Under the pieces are notes generated by a model. It searched no databases and was not told the DNA's origin. It saw only the letters and a list, made by a program, of their open reading frames with translations. Position numbers and translations under genes: made by a program. Positions 15,061 to 27,573 of a stretch of DNA of 64,000 bases are shown here, piece by piece. Source of the DNA: the human T2T-CHM13v2.0 reference genome, Homo sapiens. The first letter of the stretch is position 1, and each line of letters opens with the position of its first letter. The stretch lies in NCBI RefSeq assembly GCF_009914755.1, contig NC_060928.1; one strand, 5' to 3'.

Positions 15061-18059
15061 TGCCCACTATCAATTTTTATTTCTGTTTCTAATAAACAAA
15101 CCCTGGTCTTCCCTGGAGAACTACTTTTCTTTCATTCTCAGTAAATGTCATAGAAGAGGCAGTACCCCCCTGCCCCAATTTTAGGGACAGGCTAAGATTA
15201 ACCAAATCTTTGCTTAGCCTCCTTTGCAGCTAGTTATGGGTTGAACACATGATCCAATTCAGCCAAATGGATCCATCAGCATTAATTCTGAGATTTTTTT
15301 CTGAACTTGTCAGGAACAAAAATTGTTCCCTATACAGAAATTCTTAGCAATGGAAAATAAACTGTCAAAGTGCTAGAGGCCACAAAAGACATAGACAAAG
15401 CCTCAGAATAAAGCCAGCTGCGAGTACTGAAAAGACAAAGAGAATAGGATAAAATAACATGAGTTTTACTTTAGTCTTTCCTCAGGACATTTCAGTCATC
15501 TGAGATGCAGTCCCCTTTATTGTTTCATCCATTGTGAGTGGTTACACTTTCTACCTTTTTAACAGAATAACTTAGTATGAAATAAAATATTCTAAACAGC
15601 TTCATTCTCATAGAAACCATTTACTCTTCTAGACAACAGGAAGGCTAGTTATATGGAGTCTAACCATCTCATTTAGTGGTTCTATTTTAGCACATCAACA
15701 AAAGGCTGGTAAAGTTAGGAATAAGGTTATAAAGATAAGGAAAAATTCACTTTTTATATTTTTTTTTCATTCTTTCACTACATAACTCTGATGTAAATTG
15801 TAATCTGACTATAAACCTCAAAGTAAGGAGTGGCACACTTTATTTCCTTTTAAATACTTTAGGACCTCTAGTGAAATGCCTTTTCAAACTATAGCCCATC
15901 ATTTAAGAACCTATTTACTCACTCGCTATTCTCTAAACAAACCTTTAAGTGCTCTACTAAATTAGGCTCACCTGGAAGTCATGTGTTACATCTCTATTTA
16001 CAAGTAAGTAGATGGAATACTCACCTACAATGTAAGTATCAAAATAATCCAAAAGGTCTATTCAAGGGACACTCCAGTAGCATTGAATAGCTTTACTTTC
16101 TTAGAGTTCATAAAGTAAGATATGTTAACTTAATGTCATTAAAAAATGCAAATTTATCTTTCAATTACAATTGATATTTTAGAGTTTACTGTGGGTGGCA
16201 GCTGTAGAGACAATTAAAGAATTCTATTTAAAGCAATTTGAAGCAAATAACGGCTATGCCAGATTTCCCCATCGAATGGAATTTCTTTTAAAGATAGAAA
16301 GGATCGACAGTCATTTTTTACCTAAATCAAGAGCAGGTTTATTTACCTATTATATGCCACTTCCGCTAATAACATAAGGAATGTATACATAGATTATGAA
16401 ATGAAAGATATAAATGTACAACATTGGCAGCGTGTGTGATGATTACCCACAAGAATTAATCAGCATTTCTCATGCCATACACAATGCAGTTAGAATAGAA
16501 ACAGCAAATCTGTTCAAGGAATGCAAACAAGCTGCATAAAAGGCTAAACAAGTAAAAGTATATCATCAACTATGACTCAAATTACATCTTTAAATTGTGT
16601 GCCAGCTTCCTTTAAATTAGCTATTTAAGAACTTGGTCTATGACAGACTTCATAAACTGGGAAATATTATATCTTCTCAGGTTCACAATTTTGTTATAAT
16701 GTCAATGTGAGAATTACATTTAATAGTTCAGCTTGTAAATTAACCCTTACTTATACAAGTGATATATTGCTGTGGATAATTATGTATTTGTTAGTTATGG
16801 GATCTGTTGATAAGCCTCAGAAGTTCTGTAGCCATCCATGGTGACAATGTGGCCCAAGCTCCTAAAGAAAGTGTGGATTGTAGTTTTATTCCTAAATCCT
16901 TTTACAACTCAAATTTTTTTATTCTTGATATTTTTGTAACATTCTTAACATTTTCTACCAAGTTGTGAAATCAACCATTTCTGTTTTTGTTGTAGTCATT
17001 GCTTATTTTCTTGTTCCGGATATATTGAGGTCCTTGGGAATTTAATGGGCTGCAACAATTACTATTCAGTTCTTTGGGATTTGGAGCTAGTCACTCTTTA
17101 GTCCTCAGAACTCGAATGGTAAGGATTCAACTGAGATATTGTGCTATGTAGAGATTCTGTCAGAGAGCACGTTTTAAAATGAAACTTAGGTCTAAGAAAA
17201 TTCTGATCCAAAATACTTTCTCTTTCCATATAAAATATAAATAAATAATTATATACTAACCATTCCCCCTGGAATGCATTTTGGCTATTAGTGAAAATGT
17301 TTACAATAAACTCTGTAAAGTCTAGAACTCTGTAAAGAACAAGAACAGTAATTAGTGAAAACACTGCATTCGAATATTTCAATAGTCATGAACCAACTTC
17401 TTCCCTTGTAAAGGAAAGTTTAGGCAAAACTGAAAATCATATTATCCCTTTCTTGTGATTGGGAGTACACCCAAATTAATCTCAATTCTCAATTTGTAGT
17501 TTTTAACATCTACTCACTTTTCTGTTCAAACATTTCAGTGCCCGGAGATGTTAAATAGCAATAATAATCTCATCTCCTTTAATGGAATTACCAACAAAGA
17601 ATATAAGGACAGGTAGATTGTGTTATACAAATGTTAGTAGAATTGTGCTTAATTTTTTAAATACACAAATTACGGTCAGCATCAAACTTTTAACTCATGT
17701 ATTTATATATGCGTTAGGAGAAAAATATTGTCATGTACAGTGTAAATATTGCATCAGAATGTTGTGTATGGATAAACATAAATAAACAACTACACGCTTT
17801 TACATGCAGTGGAGAGGGGATAAATTGAGGGGGATGAATAGTTTACCACCTGTGGACAAAGGGTAAAGATTTGGGTAACTAATAGTTAAAGGAATATGGG
17901 TTACCAGGAAAAGGAGGAACTGAAATAATTCACTTGCAGAACTTATCCTTGGGTTTCCACTTATTCTCTACTTTGTTCAATAGGGCAGATGGGCAGTAAC
18001 CATGTAATGATTATAGGGAGGGTGAAAGTACAACTGTTGTAGGTGAGCCCCAGGTCTGA

Positions 18060-19172
18060 CTTTGACCTTCCTCTCTTGTATATATCCACAATCACTTCTG
18101 TAATAATCTCATCTAGGCTCATTATTTTTAAATACCATCTGTATCTCCAGTTTATAAATGTACCTTTGACTCTAAGTCCATATATTCAGTTGTATACTTG
18201 ATATCTTCACTTGGGTGTGTTAGAAGCAGCTTAAATTGTGTATGTCCATAAACAAAATTTAGTCTTCCCCATCTCAGTAGATGGCAACTGCGTTTTTATA
18301 GTTATCCGTGTCAAAAACCTAAAGTCATTATCAATTATTCTCTTCTTTACATACGTAAATCCTGATTTGTCTACAAATCCTGTTGCCTCTTTTTCAAATT
18401 ATATGCAGAACTCAACCTCTTTTTGTTTTCTAAAACTTCCACTGCTAACATCCTATTTCCACTATCTTTTTTCACTTGGATTACAGAATTAGCTTCCCCA
18501 AGCTGGTCTCCCTCTTTTCCCCTTAACCTTCTATAGTCTATTCTTAACACAGTAGCCAAGGCTGTCCTTTCATAATATACATCAGATTATGTCTTCTTCT
18601 AATCAGACCCTCCAAAGATTTCCTTTCTCACACTGAGTATAAGTCAAAGTCTTTAACATGGCACTACACAATCTTGCCTCATTTTTAACCATATTTTTTG
18701 CTATTCTGTTACTCACTGCACTTCAGATACAATGGGTTCTTTCTGGACCCTGAAAATTCCAGACCCATTCTTGTCACGAGGTCTTCATATTTGTTAATTC
18801 CCTTTGCCAGGTAGGCTATTTCCAAGGTATCCATGTGGCTTCCCTCCTTGCTTCTTACATGTCTTATTTCCAGTGTCATCTTCTCAGCTAGGTTTCCCCT
18901 AACTACTCTTTTAAAATTCCAGCAATCTTCCTTACCTTCTCACCTTACAGGTATTCCTAATCAATCTCATTTCCTCTCCTAAATTGCATTCATAGCACAT
19001 ATTACCACGTGACATTTGTATGTATATATATTTTTATATACATATATATGCATTTATATGTCTGCATGTATATTTACTTACTTGTTAATAACATCTTTTC
19101 CTCTACTAGAAAGGAAACTATGAGTTGCCTAGATAAATGGAGAGCACATGGTAAATATTTATTGAATGAAAT
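18060..19172 (+). mobile_element. L2 3' fragment
   Basis: Pyrimidine-rich L2 body ending in cacatggtaaatatttattgaatgaa. Confidence 0.75.
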
Positions 19173-19253
19173 AATTCATCAATAATTATTGATGCTATGA
19201 AGAGGTAATATACCTCTCATAGGTACTTTGAGAGCCTATAATAGACGAGTTTT

Positions 19254-19588
19254 GGCCAGGCACGGTGGCTCACGCCTATAATCCCAGCACTTTGGGAGGC
19301 CGACGTGGGCAGATCACGAGGTCAAGAGATTGAGACCATCCTCACTAACACAGTGAAACCCCGTCTGTACTAAAAATACAAAAAAATAAAATAAAAAAAT
19401 AAAATAAAATAAAATAAATTAGCCAGGCGTGGTGGTGGGCTCCTGTAGTCCCAGCTACTTGGAAGGCTGAGGCAGCAGAATGGCGTGAATCCAGGAGGCA
19501 GAGCTTGCAGTGAGCCGAGATCCTGCCTCTGCACTCCAGACTAGGCAACAAAGCGAGATTCCGTCTCACAAAAAAAAAAAAAAAAAAA
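19254..19588 (+). mobile_element. AluY-like with expanded (TAAAA)n middle linker
   Basis: AGAATGGCGTGAA...GAGCTTGCAG diagnostic; flanks aatagacgagtttt and aattagatgagttct resemble a TSD. Confidence 0.95.
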
Positions 19589-19599
19589 TTAGATGAGTT

Positions 19600-20270
19600 C
19601 TGACAGTCACAATAATTAGGAAGGAATTGCTTCTAAAAAATGAATCAAAAAGTTCTGAAGAATGAAGAGACATTATCCAGGAGAGAAAAGGAAAGGGGAT
19701 TCTAGGTATTAAGAATAACATGAGTAGCCAGGGATGGTGGCTCATGTCTGTAATCCCAGCTACTCAGGAGGCTGAGGCAGAAGGATTGCTTGAGACCAGC
19801 AGTTGACACTGCAGTGAGCTATACTGCATCACTGCACTCCAGCCTGGGTGACAATAAAGAGCGCCATGAACAGAATGTTCTGAGGTGGGAGGGAAAGCCC
19901 ATCCCGCAAATGTGGGAAACTCCAGTTTTTATTTATATGTATAAATAGGACTTGCAGAGACTGGAAGAAAGTCCAAGTGGCTGGAGCTTAGAGAGAGAAA
20001 GGAGTGACATGATATGTAATAAGATTGCAGGCCAGACCACAAATGGCCTTATAGACCGCATTTTGGGTTTTATTCTAATAACAATGGGAAGTCATTGATG
20101 ATAAACATGGAATCACATAAACGTGTGTGTTGTGTTTGTTTTAAAAGGTTAACTCAAGCTGAAGCATATAAAATATGTTGAAGACAGATAACAATAAAGG
20201 GAGGGAGAATATTGTGGTAGCTATGAAGGTAATCTCCATGAGACATGATAGCAGCTTGAACTAAGTATTT
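19600..20270 (-). mobile_element. L2 fragment (minus), interrupted by the Alu monomer
   Basis: Purine-rich inverse-L2 signature (aatgggaagtcattg..., tttaaaaggttaactc...gctg). Confidence 0.55.
19726..19864 (+). mobile_element. Old Alu monomer (FRAM/AluJ right-arm-like)
   Basis: Single arm: TGTAATCCCAGCTACTCAGGAGGCTGAGG...GCAGTGAGCTAT...CACTGCACTCCAGCCTGGGTGACA. Confidence 0.8.
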
Positions 20271-21984
20271 CTCAGCACTTTGCACTTATCCTCTTCTTTC
20301 CTGCCATTCTAAATCTCTTTGTCTTTACTTCTAGGAGTGTTTAAGTCTTACCTCCTTCTCTCAGCTGGAAAATGTTGAAATCGAAGAGCTTCACTGTACT
20401 GTTTTCTACCACTCCACCACATGTTGCCTGCTCTTTTCACAAGAAATGTTTTCCACAGTTATTATGTATTTATATATTTGTTTCAGCCATTTGGTTGAAT
20501 TCCATGGTGATGGTAAAGTGTTGGGAATCATGATTTGTTCATCTTGATATCCTCAGTAGCTGCTACATTGAAGACACACAATAATATTTGTTGAATAAAT
20601 GAGAAATTACGTCAATTGGTAGTCTGCCAACACAACAAAATGTTCCTAATGTTCTTCTCAGTACTGCTCTGTAGACATCATGAATTCCTTTGAGATAAAG
20701 GCTTTTTCTGTATAGTCAAAGCATATATCCTCCAGATCAAGTTATATATTAGTGATTGGATGTGCACTTGATGTTCAACTATACAAATAGCCTAACAGAA
20801 TATAAATATGCCCCAAATGTTCAAATTATATGAAGATAAAGAAAGCATTAGGGAAATAAATTATATACATAATTTTCAACAAAATTCCTCAAATGGCTAA
20901 AAATAGGATACAGCGAACTAAAGTGGCAACTCATTGAAGCGTACCTAACAAGCGCAAAAGAGTTTATGTGGCCTCACCACATTTTCTAATTCCCAGGGAA
21001 TAGGTCAAGCATTATAAAATGCTGAATCATCTAATTTAATTTAAACTGTACAATAGTGACGGAATCCTTTCCACTAGAGGTTCTTAATAACCTAGACCGG
21101 CCCTCAGCTACTCTAGAGCATGGCCTAAACTCTGTTGAATAAAACACACACATACATACACAGATTGATCTACCTACACAAACACACATATTTGTGTGTA
21201 TGTCCATATATGCACCTACACATATTAATTCAATACTAATGTTTTAAATAAAAGTATAAGGCAAGTCATGGAAACAACTTTTTAAAAAAGTTGTTAAAAG
21301 ATAAAATGAGTAAGGATTTTTAGTTACATTTATTTTAGGATAGTATCAATGGTTAACTAGTACCATTTAAATGTTGTTCTTTACCAGTTTCCCTTACAAC
21401 TATGCAGTTTCCTGGAAGCTGTAGAATTTTAAATAGAAGATTACCTTTCAGAGAACTTGTAAAGAGAAGATCATACCTCCAACCAGGCAAACATATTCTC
21501 CTACCATCTAACTGTTAAAGAAGTCATGAAACTCAGTTCAGTATTAAAAATACTTTATACTTATGTTAGACATTAGAATAGTTTTAAAAGTAGTGTTCTT
21601 GGAAAGAGATACACACATTGCTTCCAATTTGTGAAAGTATAACACCTGTTAACCAGAATGATTTTTTTTGGTCATAAGTAACATATTGTAAACAAAGCAC
21701 AGACCTACCTAAAAAGATAATTTAGTTGATACTTCATTTTATATAAATACATTGAAGTTAAGAAACATTGACTTACAAACTGGCCCCCAAAATCTGAATT
21801 TTAAAAGGCACAAAGATAGATCACAAGCCAAGATATTAGAATAAAAGATTAAAAATTTTGAAATAAACAAAAATTTTCTGTATAACTATGCTACATGTAG
21901 TGTATGCAAATATAACCTTAAATTTGCACTCATTGTGTTTGTTTACTTCAAATAATATTTTCTTCTCCATTAAAAAAAGACATA

Positions 21985-22290
21985 GTATCCTTAACACAAA
22001 CAGGAACAGAAAACCAAATATCACATGTTCTCATTTATAAGTGGGAGCTAAATGATGAGAACACATGGACACATAGAGGGGAACAACACACACTGGGACC
22101 TTTCAGAGGATGGAGGGTGGGAGGAGAGAGGATCAGGAAAAATAACTAATGGGTACTAGGTTTAATACCTGGCTGATGAAATAATCTATACAACAAACCC
22201 CCATGACACAAGTTTATCTATGTAAAATAGATAAACCTGCACATGTACCCCAGAAATTCAAAGTTAAAAAAGAAAAAGAAGAAGAAAAGA
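21985..22290 (+). mobile_element. 5'-truncated L1 3' end (older L1PA-type)
   Basis: CATGTTCTCATTTATAAGTGGGAGCTAAATGATGAGAACACATGGACAC...AACCTGCACATGTACCCC followed by an A-rich tail. Confidence 0.9.
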
Positions 22291-23514
22291 GTGGAAAAAA
22301 AATGGAAAGAAGTTTCTGTAGAAAATAGACACAAAAACAACTTCCACCAATAAACACACTCGAAAAAATACATGTTTGTGCAAAGTCCACATGAAATTAT
22401 TATCAGACTCAATATCTAAGTAAGTTATAGATATTTCTTGCCCCGCTTGCCTTTTTGGTTTATTCAAACTCTCTTTTATCATTACACATGAACATCCAAG
22501 TATTTGTATCCGTGATGATTTAAATTAAAAAATGAGCATTATCTTGAAAATCCATTTAAATCTATTTGCCATATTGTTGCTGCTTATACCAAAATATGAT
22601 ACAGAGGCATAGTGACTTACCTGAAAATTACTGAGTATTCAGGAACTCACATAATAAAAATTACCTAATTATCTTTTCTCACCATATATATTCCAATTCT
22701 ATTGCCTTAGCCCTGATATTTTATATTTTTGATATTGTACTAACAGAACACATGCTAATGTTTCATAAATGTATAAAAATGTTCTAATATGGTGTTCTAT
22801 AGACATGAAATCTTTCAATTGTATGAAGTTCTGTGTTTGTAGCCATATTAAATATTTCCAAGATATAAAACCATGTTCTACATATTTTTGTAGTTTATAA
22901 GGCATCAAAAAAACTGGACCTTGTACTGGGAAGCAGTGAAATAAGTGTTAAACACATTCACTATCAACTAATGAGTAACATGTGTGGACCACAATATTCC
23001 ATAATAAAAAAGTAACACAATAAAAATTTCATCTCAGAGTATTGCTGAGAGTGGCTGAAGACAGAATTCCAGTGTTTCAAATTTCTTCATGCACATTAAT
23101 GCTTTCAAGTAGCATCACCAAGACTTTGCATTCATGGTAAGAAAAAAAAAATGCCTGAGATGTTTTCTCCTGGCACACTTACGATGCAGAAGGAAGGAGA
23201 GATGTTTGGGTGCATTCAGTTCTTCCTCTATTTACACCTTTTAGGTTTTCAACAAAAATATATTCTCTAGAAATGGATAAGGAATCATGTTCTTTTTTCT
23301 TTTCTTTCAGTGTATGAGAAAAAAATATATAAGGAGAAAAAAAAATCCCTGGAATATTTTATGAAAGACTTATACAAAGCACTCATTCTGCTGACATAAG
23401 GGCAAGTGTAGAATTATAAACTTTTTTTATCATAAACAAAATTAAATTTTTATGATCATATGCTCATTGCTTAAAATCCCACAAATGAAAATTTATCATG
23501 GAAAAATAGAGATA

Positions 23515-26500
23515 TTTTGAGTACTAAAGTCCTTTATTCAACAACACAGAAATTTCACAAAAACAACTTTACTGGGCAAATTGAATGTGATTTTTTTTAC
23601 TTTTTTTTTTTTTTTACAGTTTTGTACATGCCCCATAAGTAATTTTCTTTAATAAATACACTGTTTTCCAAAACCGTTTTTTAAATAATTGCACAAGCAT
23701 ACATACACCTTACACAAATATCTATTAGAAAATTTAATAGATAACTGCACAGTTCAGAAGAGGAGAACACTGTGAAAGGAGTACATTTTGTGGCCCATGT
23801 TCCTGAAATATCTGTTTTGCAATTGTGAAAATGGAATCCCTCCTAATATAGTAGCTGTCTTTTATTCACTAGGAATACAGATCTCAGTGTGAAATGCCAA
23901 ATTTAATAAAAAAAAAAAAACTGAAACATTTAGCTGTTACATGAGAACCAACTGTTTGATATCACTGTGAATCTAACCATGATCAAAGACCCGCTACGGC
24001 TTTTTGCTGAACATATTTGACCCTGAATAGTGTGTTCATTTAACTGCTTTCCTTTTTTCATTATTTGATTACAGATACTTATCAGCTTAAAGACTTTATA
24101 TGCTTTAGCATTAATTGCACAACTTACATATCAGGGTTTCTGATTGAAAGGAAGAGAATATTCCTTTCTTTTAGTGATTGCTTAATATTAATTCATAATA
24201 AGTGCACCATCTCTTGCTCCTTATAAATGTGTTTAGAAGAAGGAAATTGAGTGTTGGGAATTAAGCAACCAGGAGACATTTTTATATACTCCTACAGTGG
24301 GGGAAGACTTCCTATTTTCTTTCCCAAGGATGGATACATTTCTACTTTGAATCTGACTCCACTTGTAGACAGACAGGCAGAGTCCATCAGAAAGCCACTT
24401 TGGTCTGAAGGCTTAGTGAGAGGTTTGCATTAATGATGTTCTTCGTGATGTTATGGTGCTGAGTGACAACTGAAAAGGAAATTGGCTCACTGCACTATGT
24501 ATCAACGCCTCAAGTATTTACCATGATCTCCCCAAATGCTGGCAGATTATGGCATCTCTCTATCCACGCCTAGGGAGGACAAGATCCTGTGTGCGTAGAC
24601 CACTCTTACAAAGTTTTTTATTCAGTTTATCTGATATATAATTATTAAGTTGTGTATAGCTGTCCACACAATCTACATTCTGAATTTTCTTGACAGTGAA
24701 TATAAAACACACAGTGAGGAATATTTAAAAGTTACATTTCATTGGTATTTGAAAATCATGAAAAATGTAAACTTTCAAATCACTGCCTTAGGTTTATAAT
24801 GATAAGCTTTAGAAGTTCTCAGTACAGGGACATATGAGGAAGAAAACTAGAGAAAGGCCAGAAGAGTCATCTCTTTCTTCAACATCACCAATGAGAACTT
24901 TATATGCATCCTACATTATATAAATGGAGTTTAACCAAAAACATTAAAAAGTGGGTGGTATAAAAGAACAATATCAAGAATAAAAAACATAAGAGAATTA
25001 ATGAAAAGCTACACTTTCTCATTTCAGTAATCAACAAATTTTCTTTCATTAAAAAAATGAATTGACATGTAAAACACCACAGTTTACAATATACAGATTC
25101 ATTAGTTCTTTTAGAAAGCAAACAAACAAAAGCACACCAAGACATGCACTACTAGAATGTATTTTAGACTCTCAGTATACTTCTATGAGATCTTTAGGTT
25201 ATTGTATGCCTACTGTAGCCTGAATAGAAGTTTGTTTCACTTCTGTAATAACAATCATCATTTTCCAAAGAGCAAGGCAAGCTTATCATTCAAGTGTGAA
25301 AGTAAGTTTTCACTTACTTGTAATTAATTAGCAAATTGGTAAACAAAAAACAAAAAATAAAATAATGGAAAAGGAAAAAAAAAAAAAAACTCATACAGCT
25401 CTCATTGGTCCCACAGCAGAAGCTGAAATTCTAACTAGATAGAAACCCTCAAAGAAATATACATCAAGTAGAAAGCTATCTCAAAATTAATACAGTATAC
25501 AGCACATTTTAGCTTGTAATCATTTAATTCTCATCTCTAAATATGGATGGGTGTAACACATCATGAGTTTTTCTTGAAAACGCTTGTTGACCATAACTGT
25601 GGACCATGTATTCATACTCTACGTGAGGTAAGTCACACTTGATTTTCAAATTGGCATGTGTGCATGCTTTGTCCACCCTCCCCCAGTACTTTCACCATGA
25701 AACACTCTTTCTGCTTTTTAAAAAATCTTTTCTGTCCTATCGTATCCCATTGAAATCTACAACTAAATTTTTAAAAATATTCACTTACTAGTCTTTCCTA
25801 ATCTTTACAGCTTCTTTCATTGTACCATACCATTTCTCTTCTCAAATTATCTTTCTTCTCGTGATTTACTTTGCTAACATTTTTCAGCAAGCTAATGGAT
25901 TTAGTGGGTTAAATCACCTGGCTAGTGGACAAAGAACAAAAAGTTGCAGTAGGTAACTTTGATACTCTACATATTTTTGCTAAACCCTGTTCTACTCCTG
26001 AAACTGAAAATAGTCTTTATAATTGGGACAAACAGAAATAAAATGGAAGGTAAATATTTGTCCTGATGGGACGGCCTTAAGAACCCTGACTGTGATAAGA
26101 AAACCAACTCCAACATGAAAAGGTAGCACAGGTTCTATGAAGCATTAGATCCTTTGTGTGTAGGTTGTGGGGGGAGGGGTATGTCATGCATTTATGAAAT
26201 TCCAGAGACTGTAGCCCTGCCTTCTCAGGAATGAAAGCATCAAGTAACAACAATGGAAATGGCAGCAATGGAGCATTTTACTGAAGGACCAGGGGAAGAC
26301 CACTAGTCCAACTGGGTGGCTATGAGAAAAGAAAATAAAAAGAGATAAAATGCCTCACTTTTATGAATATGTTTAATTCTTTGTAAATTAAAAATATATC
26401 AAGCCCTGCCTCAAGGCAGAAGCCCTCAACATATTCAAGTGTTAAAACTACCCATTTAATATCATACATGAAGTTAAAACATTGGGGTAGTTTTTATTAA

Positions 26501-27528
26501 GATTTTTTCCTACAGAAAAAATAAGAAAAAAATTAAGAAACAATAAAACGTATACAGCCCATATTGGGCTGGGGAAAAAATGTCAGTTATAAATTTTCCC
26601 CTCCTAAGATATGATACTTTATTCTTTAGCCTAAAAAACACCGTTTTTATAAAAAAAAATTATACAACTGATTCTGCATTTTCCAACTACTCTGAGTACT
26701 CTGCCTTACAGTGCAACCCAAGACAAGTCAACTACACTAAGTATTTGGGAGGTATACCCTTCTGTACAGCTCGTTTGTAAGCAATGCAAGTGCATAACCA
26801 CTACTCTAATATAGTGCTCAAAAGATTAATTGAAACTTTCATAACATCTTCCCCTCTTATAACAATAAAACTGAAGGTAATTGGTGGATGCATCATAATC
26901 TTTTAGTCTTGTAAAACTTGGCATCAAGTCTCTATGGAAAGATGCATGGCAAAATGGTGCCAGTGCTGTTGCTGCTTCTAAACCACTGGCAAAAAATAGT
27001 TAAAGCTAAAATTTATTGCTCCAGATTTAACTTGCAGAACCATACTGTTGTGTACAAACTGTTAATCTCCATAGATGCTCAGACATGATTGTCTCCTTGT
27101 GTCTAAACACACAAAATACAAGCTGCTATCTGTACAGTTTACAGTACTGAAACACATATATTTGAAAATGAAGTATAGATATGTACTTTGCAAAGATACA
27201 TGATTTTACAGCAGGGGTTTACCCAAACTTATTTTTTACAGCCACTTTCAAAATAGACAACAACTTCACTACTATAGCTAAATTACATCAAAGAAAGAAT
27301 CAGCGTATTGAAAGTAAATAGACTGGCCAATTCTCCAAGCTCTCACATTATTTTTATGTCTTTTTCTTTTCTTTTCCTCTTTTTTTTTTTTTTTGAAGAA
27401 AGCCCTATACATAAAATGAAAATAATTTCTGGATATTTTCTTCAGTGGTGGACTAAGCAGTTTCTTAAAACAAGACATTAGTTTGCCCTTCATTTCCAAA
27501 TGCCTTGAAAATAAGATATACTACTGCT
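23515..27528 (-). other. CXXC4: CXXC4 3' UTR (~4 kb)
   Basis: AT-rich stretch without recognisable interspersed repeats, running from the stop codon to the distal AATAAA. Confidence 0.75.
23533..23538 (-). terminator. Distal polyadenylation signal AATAAA
   Basis: tttatt on the + strand; upstream UGUA elements (TGTACAAAACTGTA ~23615-23628) and a downstream U/GU-rich tract (~23510-23475). Confidence 0.75.
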
Positions 27529-27573
27529 TTAAAAGAACCATCGGAATGCTTCAGCGCTGGGAACAGGTGTTCT
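27529..27573 (-). CDS. CXXC4: CXXC4 last coding exon: RTPVPSAEAFRWFF-stop
   Basis: Branch-point-like GCTTAAC (~27605-27599), polypyrimidine tract and TAG| acceptor at 27575-27574, then AGA ACA CCT GTT CCC AGC GCT GAA GCA TTC CGA TGG TTC TTT TAA. The phase-0 join gives 353+14=367 aa (184+14=198 aa from the ATG at 46502). Confidence 0.95.
   Translation of the reverse strand, partial: RTPVPSAEAFRWFF

Noticed and set aside
21070-21085. CCACTAGAGGTTC as a CTCF site
   Set aside because: Lacks the GGC core end; the context resembles a CR1/L3 fragment.
27380-27394. Long A-run in the mRNA (also 23600-23615) as a possible 3' end
   Set aside because: Genomic T-runs that cause oligo-dT internal priming rather than true polyadenylation.
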